DNA of 64,000 nt from Candidatus Hadarchaeota archaeon. GTDB lineage: Archaea; Hadarchaeota; Hadarchaeia; Hadarchaeales; JAWBSP01. Below the pieces are notes generated by a model. It was not told where the DNA came from. It worked only from the letters and a program-made list of their open reading frames with translations, and ran no database searches. Location of the stretch: positions 60,299-124,298 of the forward strand of contig CAYYWO010000002.1 in NCBI GenBank assembly GCA_964474885.1, given 5' to 3'. The position numbers and the translations under genes are program-made. Of this stretch, positions 19,706 through 28,958 are shown piece by piece. The first letter of the stretch is position 1. The number at the start of each line of letters is the position of its first letter.

Positions 19706-20761
19706 TCAGGTCAGCTGCTCGTATCCCGCCTTCTTGACCAGGAGCATGTCCTCCCACCTTGCCCCGCCCTTTCCCGGTACGTACAGGCCCGGCTCCACCG
19801 TTATCACCATCCCCGCCCTCAGCACGTCCCCGGAGGATGGGTTCAGGCTGGGGAGCTCATGGATCTCAAGACCCACGCCGTGGCCCAGCCCGTGGTTGAA
19901 AAATTTCGCATCCTTCTTGAAGGCCCGCCTGGCCAGCCCATCCAGCTCGGAGGCCTTCACCCCCTCCCTGACCTGGCTCTTGACCTGCTCCTGGACCTGC
20001 CTGACCTTTCGCATCAGCTTGGACTCCCCTCCCCCCACTAGGAATGTGCGGGTCATGTCCGAGACGTAACCGTCGACCGTCGCCCCCAGGTCCACCACCA
20101 CGTGCTCCCCCTTCCGCAACCTGCGTTGCGTGGGGCGCGCGTGGGGGATCCAGGAGTTGGGGCCGGAGGCCACGATCGTGGGGAAGGGTGCCCCCTCTGA
20201 GCCCCTCTTCCGCATCTCGTACTCCACTTCGGCGGCGATTTCCCTCTCAGTCCGACCGGCTTCGATGAGTTCGGACGCCACCCTCATCCCTTCCCCCGCT
20301 ATGGAGGCGGCTTCCCGCAAAAGATCGAGCTCCTCCGGGGATTTCACCGCCCTGAGTTCCCTCACCAGATCGGGCACCTCCACGCACTCGCATCCCTCAG
20401 CGCAGATCTTCCGCAGCAGGGGCAGGGATATCCGCTCGAACCCCACATACTTGACCCGTAACTCCCTGAAGATCTCGACGTAGAACCTCCACGGCTCCCC
20501 GATGAAGGGCCTTTCCTCCTGCCTGCACGGGACCTTCACCTCGGAGTAGAGCCTGAACCTGAATGGGGACCGCCTGAGGAGCTCGAAGTCTATCCTGCCC
20601 CCCACCACGAGGGGAGGGGCATCCTGGGGAACGATCAAATGCCCCGCCTGCAAACCGAAGTATCGTCTGCTGTCGCTGACCACGAAGGCATCCAGCTTCT
20701 CCGCCTCTATCCTCTTCCGGAGTTTGGCGAGCCTCTGCCTGATCACGGAGCGTTTGGTCAC
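19706..20761 (-). CDS. Xaa-Pro peptidase (M24B, prolidase); start approximate
   Basis: RAVKSPEE, PHARP, DLG..YVSDMTRT, HGLGHGVGLEIHE, TVEPG, RWED. Confidence 0.92.
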   Translation of the reverse strand: MTKRSVIRQRLAKLRKRIEAEKLDAFVVSDSRRYFGLQAGHLIVPQDAPPLVVGGRIDFELLRRSPFRFRLYSEVKVPCRQEERPFIGEPWRFYVEIFRELRVKYVGFERISLPLLRKICAEGCECVEVPDLVRELRAVKSPEELDLLREAASIAGEGMRVASELIEAGRTEREIAAEVEYEMRKRGSEGAPFPTIVASGPNSWIPHARPTQRRLRKGEHVVVDLGATVDGYVSDMTRTFLVGGGESKLMRKVRQVQEQVKSQVREGVKASELDGLARRAFKKDAKFFNHGLGHGVGLEIHELPSLNPSSGDVLRAGMVITVEPGLYVPGKGGARWEDMLLVKKAGYEQLT

Positions 20762-20786
20762 ATTATAATGAGGGAGCGGGGTTAAT

Positions 20787-21575
20787 TTGATGCACAAACC
20801 GGACTTTTCCTCCATCAATAGGCTCGTGGTCAAGATCGGTACGCGCTCGCTCACCGGGGAGAATTCCAAGCTCAACGAGAAAAAAGTCGCCCGCTTCGTT
20901 GAAAACGTCATGAAGGTGAGGAGGGGGAGGGAGGTGCTCATCGTGACCTCTGGGGCCATCGGTGCCGGTCTGGGCAAGCTGGGATTGGAGGATCGCCCCA
21001 GCGAGATAGGTAAGCTCCAGGCCATGGCGGCGGTGGGCCAGGGGCTCCTCATGCAGGTTTACGAGAAGTACTTTGCGAAACACGGGCAGACGGTTGCCCA
21101 GCTCCTGCTCACCAAGGAGGACTTCACCGATCCCAGGAGACTCCAGAACCTCAAGACCACCCTCCATCACCTGCTGCACTGGGGGACCATCCCCCTCATA
21201 AACGAGAACGACACCGTCGCAACCGAGGAAATCAAGATAGGGGACAACGACCTCCTAGCGGCTTACGTCGCCATCCACCTGAAAGCCGACCTGCTGGTGC
21301 TCCTCTCCGATGTGGACGGGCTTTACACGGAGGACCCGAAGAATCACCCTGAGGCGGAGATCCTGAGGGTGGTTGACAAGATTCCCCCGGGACTCCTGAG
21401 AAGGCTGAAGAAGCTCTCAGGGGGGTTCGGAGGGATGTACACCAAGGTGCTGGCGGCGAAGATGGCCGGGGACCACGGCATACCCACCGTGCTCGCAAAC
21501 TCTGAGGAGAGGGACGTGCTCCGGAGGATCCTGAGGGGGGAGTCCATCGGGACCCTCTTCCTCCCGCATCGATGA
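20787..21575 (+). CDS. proB: Glutamate 5-kinase, short form without PUA domain
   Basis: VVKIGT, TSGAI, AAVGQ, INENDTV, GDNDLL, GGMYTK. Confidence 0.95.
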   Translation: MMHKPDFSSINRLVVKIGTRSLTGENSKLNEKKVARFVENVMKVRRGREVLIVTSGAIGAGLGKLGLEDRPSEIGKLQAMAAVGQGLLMQVYEKYFAKHGQTVAQLLLTKEDFTDPRRLQNLKTTLHHLLHWGTIPLINENDTVATEEIKIGDNDLLAAYVAIHLKADLLVLLSDVDGLYTEDPKNHPEAEILRVVDKIPPGLLRRLKKLSGGFGGMYTKVLAAKMAGDHGIPTVLANSEERDVLRRILRGESIGTLFLPHR

Positions 21576-22903
21576 GCGTCCTTAAGAAGGTGAAGGAGGC
21601 CAGGCAGGCAGCCCTGAAGATGGCGAACCTTCCTTTAGAGGTCAGGAATGGCGCACTCGAGAAGGCTGCGCGGGAGATCGAAAATCAGAAAGATGCGATC
21701 CTGGAAGCCAACCGCTCGGACCTGCGGAGGGCGGAGCGCCTCGTGAAGCTGGGAAAGATGACCAAAGCCCTGTACAACAGGCTGGTCCTCACCGAAAAGA
21801 AGATCCGCTCGATCGCGGAGAGCATGCGCAGTGTGGCCTCCCTGCCGGATCCCCTGAACAGGACGGTTTACTCCTGCCGGTTGGATGAGGGGCTGGATCT
21901 CTACAAGGTGACCTGCCCCATCGGGGTCATCGGGGCGATCTTCGAGGCCAGGCCGGACGTCCTCCCCCAGATCTCATCGCTCTGTCTGAAATCCGGGAAT
22001 GCCGTGGTCCTGAAGGGAGGAAGGGAGGCCGTGAACTCGAACCGCATCCTCTACGAGATCATCCGCGAGAGTACGGAGGCCGCTGGGGTGCCCAGAGGCT
22101 GGATTCAACTCATAGAGGCGAGGCGGGAGGTCAGGGAGATGCTCAAACTGGATGAGTACATAGATTTGCTGGTCCCGAGGGGGAGCAAGCAGTTCATAAC
22201 CTACATCCAGCAAAACACCAGGATCCCCGTGCTGGGACATGCAGAGGGGATCTGCCACATCTATGTGGATTCGGAGGCGGACCTCGAAAAGGCGGTGAAC
22301 ATATGCTTCGACGCAAAAGTGCAGTATCCCGCCGTCTGCAACGCCGTCGAGAAGATCCTGGTTCATTCAGGCATCGCGCCCAGGTTCCTGCCCCTGCTGG
22401 CGCAGAAGCTTCAGGAGGCAGGGGTGGAGATCAGGGGCTGTCCGAGGACTAGAAGGATAATCGAAGCTAAAGCAGCGAAAGCATCCGACTGGAAGGCCGA
22501 ATACTTAGATCTGATAGTAGCAGTCAAGATCGTCGACAGCTTGGAGGAGGCCATCGACCACATAAACACGTACGGATCCAAGCACACGGACGCCATAGTC
22601 ACCGAAAATGCCAGGAATGCCATCCTCTTCCTTGAAAGAGTGGACTCTTCCTCCGTGATGTGGAATGCCTCAACCCGGTTCAGTGACGGGTACCGCTATG
22701 GATTGGGCGCAGAGGTCGGCATAAGCACGGGGAAGGTGCACGCGAGAGGACCCGTGGGACTGGAGGGTTTAACGACTACCAAGTTCTACTTGGTAGGGAA
22801 GGGGCAGGTGGTCTCGGACTACATAGAAGGGAGGAAGAAGTTCAAACACGAGCGCTTGAAAGCGGAGTGGAGGGACTTCAGGAGGGAGGTGCTGGGGAGT
22901 TGA
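21572..22903 (+). CDS. proA: Gamma-glutamyl phosphate reductase
   Basis: IFEARP, VPRG, CNAVE, NASTRFSDG, HARGPVGL. Confidence 0.96.
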   Translation: MSVLKKVKEARQAALKMANLPLEVRNGALEKAAREIENQKDAILEANRSDLRRAERLVKLGKMTKALYNRLVLTEKKIRSIAESMRSVASLPDPLNRTVYSCRLDEGLDLYKVTCPIGVIGAIFEARPDVLPQISSLCLKSGNAVVLKGGREAVNSNRILYEIIRESTEAAGVPRGWIQLIEARREVREMLKLDEYIDLLVPRGSKQFITYIQQNTRIPVLGHAEGICHIYVDSEADLEKAVNICFDAKVQYPAVCNAVEKILVHSGIAPRFLPLLAQKLQEAGVEIRGCPRTRRIIEAKAAKASDWKAEYLDLIVAVKIVDSLEEAIDHINTYGSKHTDAIVTENARNAILFLERVDSSSVMWNASTRFSDGYRYGLGAEVGISTGKVHARGPVGLEGLTTTKFYLVGKGQVVSDYIEGRKKFKHERLKAEWRDFRREVLGS

Positions 22904-23658
22904 GGATTGGGGTTATCGGGGCGGGGAGGATGGGCTCCGCCCTCATAGAAGGGCTGCTGAGGGCCGGGACCAAACCGGAGGACATCCTCATCAACGACAA
23001 GAGAGCAGAGAGGGTCCAGTACTGGAGAGAGCGCGGGGTGAGAGAAGCCCCAAAGGGGGAGATCGCCAAGTGCGACATCGTTTTTCTCGCCGTCAAACCC
23101 AAGGAAGTCCAGGAAGTCCTGGAGGAATTCCCCCTAGATTACCGTGGGGTGCTGGTGAGCTTGGCGGCCGGGGTGAAGACGGAAACCTTCTCCCGCTTGA
23201 AGGGTGCTAGGGTCTTCAGGATCATGCCGAACATCCTGTGCTCGGTGGGGGAGGGCGCCATAGCCCTCGCAGGTCCCAGCGAAAACCAAGAAGTCAAGGA
23301 TCTCCTGTCCAAACTGGGCCTGGTAGTGGAGGTGCCGGAAGAGCTTCTGGATGCCGTCACCGCTTTGAGCGGAAGTGGGCCAGCCTTTTTCGCCTCCCTC
23401 CTCGACTGGGCCGTGGAGGAGAGTACCAGGCTGGGATTGGAGCGGGAAATCGCCCTGAAGCTTGCCGCGCAGACCCTGAAGGGGCTGGGGACAAAGCTCC
23501 TGGAAGAGCCCGACCCCCAATCGGTCATCCAGTCTGTCACCTCCCCCGGGGGTACGACCCAAGCCGGCCTGGCGGTTTTGGTCCAAGCCAAGGAAATCGT
23601 GCAGCGCACCATAAGAGCAGCCTTTGACAGAGCTAGGGAACTTTGTTCCGGAAAGTAG
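22900..23658 (+). CDS. proC: Pyrroline-5-carboxylate reductase
   Basis: GAGRMG, AVKP, RIMPN, TALSGSGPA, VTSPGGTT; TTG start overlaps the proA stop. Confidence 0.94.
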   Translation: MRIGVIGAGRMGSALIEGLLRAGTKPEDILINDKRAERVQYWRERGVREAPKGEIAKCDIVFLAVKPKEVQEVLEEFPLDYRGVLVSLAAGVKTETFSRLKGARVFRIMPNILCSVGEGAIALAGPSENQEVKDLLSKLGLVVEVPEELLDAVTALSGSGPAFFASLLDWAVEESTRLGLEREIALKLAAQTLKGLGTKLLEEPDPQSVIQSVTSPGGTTQAGLAVLVQAKEIVQRTIRAAFDRARELCSGK

Positions 23659-24119
23659 CTATCGGTGGGACCTTCGATCACCTGCACCTCGGACATCTCG
23701 CACTGATCAGAAAAGCCTTCGAGATCGGGGAGCGCGTCCTGATAGGCGTTTGCGGTGACAGCATGGTGAAGGGGAGGGCTGACCAGCCTTTTGCAGTCAG
23801 GAAGCTGAAGCTGGAGGAATTCCTCCAGCGGAGCGGATGGAGGGGGAGGTACGAACTGGTGGAGCTGAAGGATCCCTTCGGTCCCGCGGTAGCCGACAGG
23901 GAGCTGGAGGCGATCGTCGTCAGTCCGGAAACGGAGAGCAGGGCCGTGCAGCTGAACCTCCTGAGGAAGAAGAGGGGACTGGAGCCGCTCGTCATAGTGA
24001 GGATACCTTGGGTGCTGTCGGAGGACGGAAAGCCCATCTCCTCAACCAGAATCCGGGCTGGAGAGATAGATGAGAGTGGTAGATTAAAAGAGAAACCCCC
24101 TTACGTGGATGAGGGCTGA
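23643..24119 (+). CDS. coaD: Phosphopantetheine adenylyltransferase, archaeal type
   Basis: GGTFDHLHLGH, DPFGPA, VVSPET, ISSTRIR. Confidence 0.92.
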   Translation: MFRKVAIGGTFDHLHLGHLALIRKAFEIGERVLIGVCGDSMVKGRADQPFAVRKLKLEEFLQRSGWRGRYELVELKDPFGPAVADRELEAIVVSPETESRAVQLNLLRKKRGLEPLVIVRIPWVLSEDGKPISSTRIRAGEIDESGRLKEKPPYVDEG

Positions 24120-24618
24120 CACGAGGATCAGCAAGGACGAATACTACCTAGAGATAGCGAAAGCCGTTGCGCTCCGTTCCCCCTGCATCCGCCGGAAATT
24201 CGGGGCGATCGTGGTGAAGGAGGACGTCATCGTAAGCACGGGATACAACGGACCTGTTAGGGGAGGAATAAATTGTTTGGAGGTGGGCTGCCTAAAGAAT
24301 GAGCTCAACCTGCCACACTACTCAGGGTACGACGTTTGCCCGGCGGTTCATGCGGAGGAGAATGCCATCATCAACGCTGCGAGGCACGGGAGCTGCGTGC
24401 TGGGCGGAACCCTTTATATTTACGGCATGAACCCGGACGGGAGCCTGGCCGAGGCCAAGCCGTGCGAGCGGTGCAAGAGGGTCATAATCAATGCCGGGAT
24501 CCGGGAAGTGGTCATAAAGAGGGAGGATGGAGAGATCATGAGATTCAGGGTCGAGGACTGGGTGAGGGAGGACAGGGAGCTCTACAAGAGGAGGCTGGCG
24601 GAAGCGAGGCGGGAATGA
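24109..24618 (+). CDS. dCMP deaminase family protein
   Basis: TGYNG, VHAEENAI, PCERC zinc motifs. Confidence 0.9.
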   Translation: MRADTRISKDEYYLEIAKAVALRSPCIRRKFGAIVVKEDVIVSTGYNGPVRGGINCLEVGCLKNELNLPHYSGYDVCPAVHAEENAIINAARHGSCVLGGTLYIYGMNPDGSLAEAKPCERCKRVIINAGIREVVIKREDGEIMRFRVEDWVREDRELYKRRLAEARRE

Positions 24619-25241
24619 GGGAGGTGGAGCCTAAGGTAGAGCTGGTCGCCTACACACCCAATCCGGTGGAATTGTGCGGGAGAGCCGCCGGTGTTTCGTA
24701 CGATAAGGAAGAGAAGGAGGACTATGGTGCCTTCATCAAGCGGATCATCAAACTGGGGCACGAGTCCGTCTTGGAGCACGCCTCCTTCACGTTCAGGGTG
24801 GAGGGGATCAGCAGGGCCCTCTCCCACCAGTGGGTCAGGCACAGGATATGCTCGTTTACCCAGCGCAGCCAGAGGAGGGTAGACGAATCGAAGGGGGGAT
24901 ACGTTCTGCCACCACTCGATTACCTCCCACCGGAGAAGAGGGAGAAAATCAGGGAGCAGATGAGGGAGTTCATCCGGGGGGCTTTCGAACTCTACCAAAA
25001 GCTCGTCGGAGAGGGTGTCAGGAGGGAGGATGCTAGGTATGTGCTGACCAATGCGACCGAGACCAAGATATACTGGACCGTGAACGCACGGGAGCTCAGG
25101 CACTTCTTCAGGCTCAGGCTCCATAAGGAGTCCCAGTGGGAGATCAGGAGGATGGCACAACAGATGTTTGATCTGGTCTACCGAGTCGCGCCCGCGTTGT
25201 TTGAAGACCTGAAAAAGCTCCGGGAGACGGGCGAGCTCTAA
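24615..25241 (+). CDS. thyX: Flavin-dependent thymidylate synthase
   Basis: GHESVLEH, RHRx7SQR, EDARYVL, NARELRHF, QWEIR. Confidence 0.95.
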   Translation: MREVEPKVELVAYTPNPVELCGRAAGVSYDKEEKEDYGAFIKRIIKLGHESVLEHASFTFRVEGISRALSHQWVRHRICSFTQRSQRRVDESKGGYVLPPLDYLPPEKREKIREQMREFIRGAFELYQKLVGEGVRREDARYVLTNATETKIYWTVNARELRHFFRLRLHKESQWEIRRMAQQMFDLVYRVAPALFEDLKKLRETGEL

Positions 25242-25948
25242 CTGCTGATTACCTTGCTCTCTTCGGGATATTTGCGATAAACGTAGTTCAGTAGCTTGGG
25301 GAGCGGCACCTCACCGAAGGGCTTGAGGCCCCGGACGGCCCTCTGGATTTCCCTGGGCAGGGACTCGAAAACCCTTTTCGCTACCTTCTTCCCCTCCTCG
25401 GTCAAGTACACCAGCTGGGGCTCCGGGCTTGCTTCCCGTATGGTCCTCAGCCAGCCTACACTCTCCATGTCGTAAATGTCCCCCCAGACATCGGGAGAAT
25501 ACGGACCGTGCAAGAACGGGCGGTACTGATAGGGGATCTGAACGCCTCCCTCTTTTTGCAACAGGAAGAGCAGCTTCTGCAGCCTCACGCTCCCCTCTAT
25601 CTTCCCCCCCATGACATGCAGGAGGGAAAGAATCCACTTTCCCCTCTCCTGGAGCTCCCTCTTGTTTAGCCTCCGCCCCACTGCGGAGAGAGAAAACTGG
25701 GCTTTGAGCGTCATCGCGACCCTAAGACCATGCTCGGTGAGCTGTAGCTGTTTCTTCTGGGGCCAAGTCTTGCTCCTCCCTTCCACGATCAGGCCTGCCT
25801 CCTTCAGGTCCTCGATTCTCTGCTCGATAGTACTTAGACTGCTAACACCACCGACTGCCCGGTGGAGTTCCCTCACTCCCATCGGTTTTTCCAAGAGGGC
25901 GATGAGAATCTCGGCGGCTTTCTCCCTCGAGAGGAGTTCGGGCTCCAT
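25238..25948 (-). CDS. Winged-helix (HxlR/ArsR-like) domain fused to a YwgA/Panacea (DUF4065-like) domain; putative transcriptional regulator
   Basis: N-terminus MGVRELHRAVG..LSTIEQRIEDLKEAGLI..LTEHG; C-terminus IEGSVRLQKLLFL..HGPYSPDV..YVYRKYPE. Confidence 0.8.
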   Translation of the reverse strand: MEPELLSREKAAEILIALLEKPMGVRELHRAVGGVSSLSTIEQRIEDLKEAGLIVEGRSKTWPQKKQLQLTEHGLRVAMTLKAQFSLSAVGRRLNKRELQERGKWILSLLHVMGGKIEGSVRLQKLLFLLQKEGGVQIPYQYRPFLHGPYSPDVWGDIYDMESVGWLRTIREASPEPQLVYLTEEGKKVAKRVFESLPREIQRAVRGLKPFGEVPLPKLLNYVYRKYPEESKVISS

Positions 25949-26052
25949 TGTTACATTTATAGTAACAGTTAAATACCTTGAAGCCTAGTTTAATCAAAAT
26001 TCCGCAGTTCATTGTTACATGAGCGTAGCAATATGTTACGGAAACCGTAACG
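25949..26052. promoter_or_regulatory. Three palindromic operator-like sites, TGTTAC-N6/7-GTAACA
   Basis: 25949-25967 TGTTAC-atttata-GTAACA; 26013-26030 TGTTAC-atgagc-GTAGCA; 26034-26052 TGTTAC-ggaaacc-GTAACG. Confidence 0.75.
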
Positions 26053-26090
26053 CTTTTATTTGCTATGAAGGGAAAACATTGGGGGTTAAC

Positions 26091-26801
26091 ATGCCTTGGG
26101 GAAGTATAAAGGGAATCATCCGGAACTCTCTCATCGACTATCCCGGGAAGATTTCCGCAGTTCTGTTCCTAGGGGGCTGCAACTACAGGTGCCCTTTCTG
26201 CTACAATTCCGACCTCGTCCTCAGACCTCACGAGCTCCCATCCATCCCGAAGGAAGAGCTCGTCCAGTTCCTGGAGTCCAGGAAGGAATGGCTGGATGGT
26301 ATCGTTATCTCGGGGGGCGAACCCACGCTCTGCCCGAAGCTCACGGAGCTACTCGAGCTAATCAAGGGTATGGGATACGCCGTGAAGATAGACACGAACG
26401 GGTCGAACCCGGCCATTTTAGACAGGCTCATCAGCAGGGGGCTCGTGGACTACGTTGCCGTCGACATAAAGTCCCCCCTTTTCCCGGATCGCTACCAGAT
26501 CTTCACGCAGGCAAACGACGGTGTTGGGCAAGTCAAGCACACTGTTGAGATGCTCATGTCATCCGACATCGAGTACGAGTTCAGAACCACAATAGTCCCC
26601 GAGATAATCAAGCCGCAGGATATCCTGCAGATAGCCCAGCAGCTCAAGGGCGCGAAGAGATATTACCTGCAACAGTTCAAGCCCTCAAAATCCACACTCG
26701 ACCCCTACTACTCCACCCTCCCCCCCTACCCCCTTGAACTGCTGTACCAGCTGAGAGACAAGATCTCGGGCTTCTTCAGGATCTGTAGGGTTAGGCCATG
26801 A
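26091..26801 (+). CDS. nrdG: Anaerobic ribonucleotide reductase activase (radical SAM)
   Basis: SLIDYPG, GCNYRCPFCYN, SGGEPT, DTNGS, EFRTT. Confidence 0.93.
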   Translation: MPWGSIKGIIRNSLIDYPGKISAVLFLGGCNYRCPFCYNSDLVLRPHELPSIPKEELVQFLESRKEWLDGIVISGGEPTLCPKLTELLELIKGMGYAVKIDTNGSNPAILDRLISRGLVDYVAVDIKSPLFPDRYQIFTQANDGVGQVKHTVEMLMSSDIEYEFRTTIVPEIIKPQDILQIAQQLKGAKRYYLQQFKPSKSTLDPYYSTLPPYPLELLYQLRDKISGFFRICRVRP

Positions 26802-28867
26802 GCGGTCTTACGCACGTCGTAAAGAGAGACGGCACCATCGTCCCCTACGATAAGGGCAGAATCGTGAACGCGATCTGGAGGGCGGCCCAAGCCGTGGGGG
26901 GCAAGGACCGCAAGAGGGCCGAGAGACTGGCCGACGAGGTCGAGAGATCCCTGATCAGGAGGGGCTTCGGGCCTGACAATCCTCCCCACATCGAGCAGAT
27001 ACAGGACACTATAGAGAAGATCCTGGTAGAGAAGGGGCACTACAGAACCGCGAAGGCCTTCATCATTTACCGCAAGCAGAGGGAGGACCTGAGGAAGATA
27101 AGCGGGGAGATACAGGTTTGCAAGCTGATAGACGACTACCTCGATCAGGCCGACTGGAGGGTCAGAGAAAACAGCAACATGGGCTACTCCCAGTCCGGGC
27201 TGCTCTTCCACATCGGGACCTCGGTTACGGCGGTCTACGCCCTGACCAAGGTCTATCCGCCGGAGATCTCCGGTGCCCACATTTCCGGGGACTTCCACCT
27301 CCACGACTTGGGAATGGCGCTCTCGGGATACTGTGCTGGCTGGTCCCTCGAGCAGCTCCTGCTTGAGGGTTTCAACGGCGTGCCTGGGAAGATCTCGTCC
27401 CGCCCACCGAAACACCTGGACACTGCTCTGTTGCAGATGGCGAATTTCATAGGCTCGCTTCAAAATGAGTGGGCGGGGGCCCAGGCCTTCAATGCCGTGG
27501 ATGTCCTGCTGGCACCTTTCGTCAGATACGACAGGCTCAGCTACAAGGAAGTGAAGCAGAAGATCCAGCAATTCGTTTACAACTTGAACATTTCCTCCCG
27601 CTGGGGAGGGCAGACCCCCTTCACAAACATCTCCCTCAGCCTCACCGTGCCCGATGACCTGGCGGAGAGGCCAGCCATCATAGGGGGGAAGCCGATCGAC
27701 AAGACGTACGACGAGTTCAGGGAGGAGGTGGAGATGATCGACAGGGCCTTCATCGAGGTGCTGATGGAGGGCGACGCCGAAGGCAGGCCCTTCACCTTCC
27801 CCATCCCCACCTTCGGTCTGGCCAGCGATTTCGAGTGGGACAACGGAATATCCTCCCTTCTCTTCAAGATGACGGCCAAGTACGGCCTGCCGTACTTCCA
27901 GAACTTCATAAACTCGGACCTCCGCCCCAGTGACGTGCGGGCGATGTGCTGCCACCTACACCTAGACCTGCGCGAGCTCAGGCGCAACGTAACGGGAGGG
28001 CTCTTCGGCGCGGGGGACAAGACGGGCTCCGTTGGCGTGGTCACGATCAACATGCCCAGGCTGGCCTACCTGTCAGAGTGCGAGAGCGAGTTCTTCGAGC
28101 GGCTGGAGCACCTGATGAACCTGGCGAAGGCCTCGCTGGAGATAAAGAGGAAGGAGGTGACGAAGAAAATCGACTCGGGCCTCCTCCCGTACACCAAGCG
28201 GTACCTTGGGACGCTGGACTTCCACTTCTCCACCATCGGGCTGGTGGGGATGAACGAGGCGTGTTTGAACCTCCTGGGCTGCAGCATCGTGGAGCAGGAA
28301 GGAAGGAACTTCGCAATACAGACCCTGAAATTCATGTTGAACAAGATAAAGGAATTCCAGGAGGAGACGGGCCACCTCTACAACCTGGAGGCCACACCTG
28401 CGGAGGGGACCAGCTACAGGCTGGCCAGGCTGGACAAGCAGAAATTCCCCGACATAATAACGGCGGGCAAGGAGACCCCCTACTACACCAACTCCACTCA
28501 CCTCCCGGTGGACGCCGACCTGGATCTGTGGGAGGCCATCAAGCACCAGGAACCGCTCCAGACGATCTACACCGGAGGGACGGTGTTCCACGTGTACTTG
28601 GGGGAGGTTCTGGAGGATGGGGAGAGTTGCAAGAACTTGGTCAGGAAGATCGTCACTAGGTCAAAGCTGCCCTACATCACCATCACCCCGACCTACTCCA
28701 TCTGCCCCAACCACGGTTACCTGCCGGGAGAGTACCACTCTTGCCCCAGCTGCGGAGCACAGACGGAGGTCTACTCCCGCGTGGTTGGCTACTACAGACC
28801 CGTGAGCAACTGGAATGCAGGGAAGCAGGAGGAGTTCCGCATGAGGAAGAGCTTCCTGGTGGACTGA
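26798..28867 (+). CDS. nrdD: Class III ribonucleoside-triphosphate reductase with ATP-cone
   Basis: VVKRDG ATP-cone, HLHDL, MCC thiyl motif, ATPAEG, CPNHG..CPSCG, SRVVGYY glycyl-radical motif. Confidence 0.96.
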   Translation: MSGLTHVVKRDGTIVPYDKGRIVNAIWRAAQAVGGKDRKRAERLADEVERSLIRRGFGPDNPPHIEQIQDTIEKILVEKGHYRTAKAFIIYRKQREDLRKISGEIQVCKLIDDYLDQADWRVRENSNMGYSQSGLLFHIGTSVTAVYALTKVYPPEISGAHISGDFHLHDLGMALSGYCAGWSLEQLLLEGFNGVPGKISSRPPKHLDTALLQMANFIGSLQNEWAGAQAFNAVDVLLAPFVRYDRLSYKEVKQKIQQFVYNLNISSRWGGQTPFTNISLSLTVPDDLAERPAIIGGKPIDKTYDEFREEVEMIDRAFIEVLMEGDAEGRPFTFPIPTFGLASDFEWDNGISSLLFKMTAKYGLPYFQNFINSDLRPSDVRAMCCHLHLDLRELRRNVTGGLFGAGDKTGSVGVVTINMPRLAYLSECESEFFERLEHLMNLAKASLEIKRKEVTKKIDSGLLPYTKRYLGTLDFHFSTIGLVGMNEACLNLLGCSIVEQEGRNFAIQTLKFMLNKIKEFQEETGHLYNLEATPAEGTSYRLARLDKQKFPDIITAGKETPYYTNSTHLPVDADLDLWEAIKHQEPLQTIYTGGTVFHVYLGEVLEDGESCKNLVRKIVTRSKLPYITITPTYSICPNHGYLPGEYHSCPSCGAQTEVYSRVVGYYRPVSNWNAGKQEEFRMRKSFLVD

Positions 28868-28958
28868 CGGGCAAATCTCAATTGGAAATTGCTCAGAGGC
28901 TGAGGTTCAAGTGTTGGACGCTCTAGCTGAAAGTGTGTCGAGTTAAGCGGCGGCTAGG

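Noticed and set aside
18853-28867. PurU supplying formate as reductant for the class III RNR
   Set aside because: The MCC and ATPAEG motifs resemble the thioredoxin-dependent NrdD subtype, so the link is unsupported.
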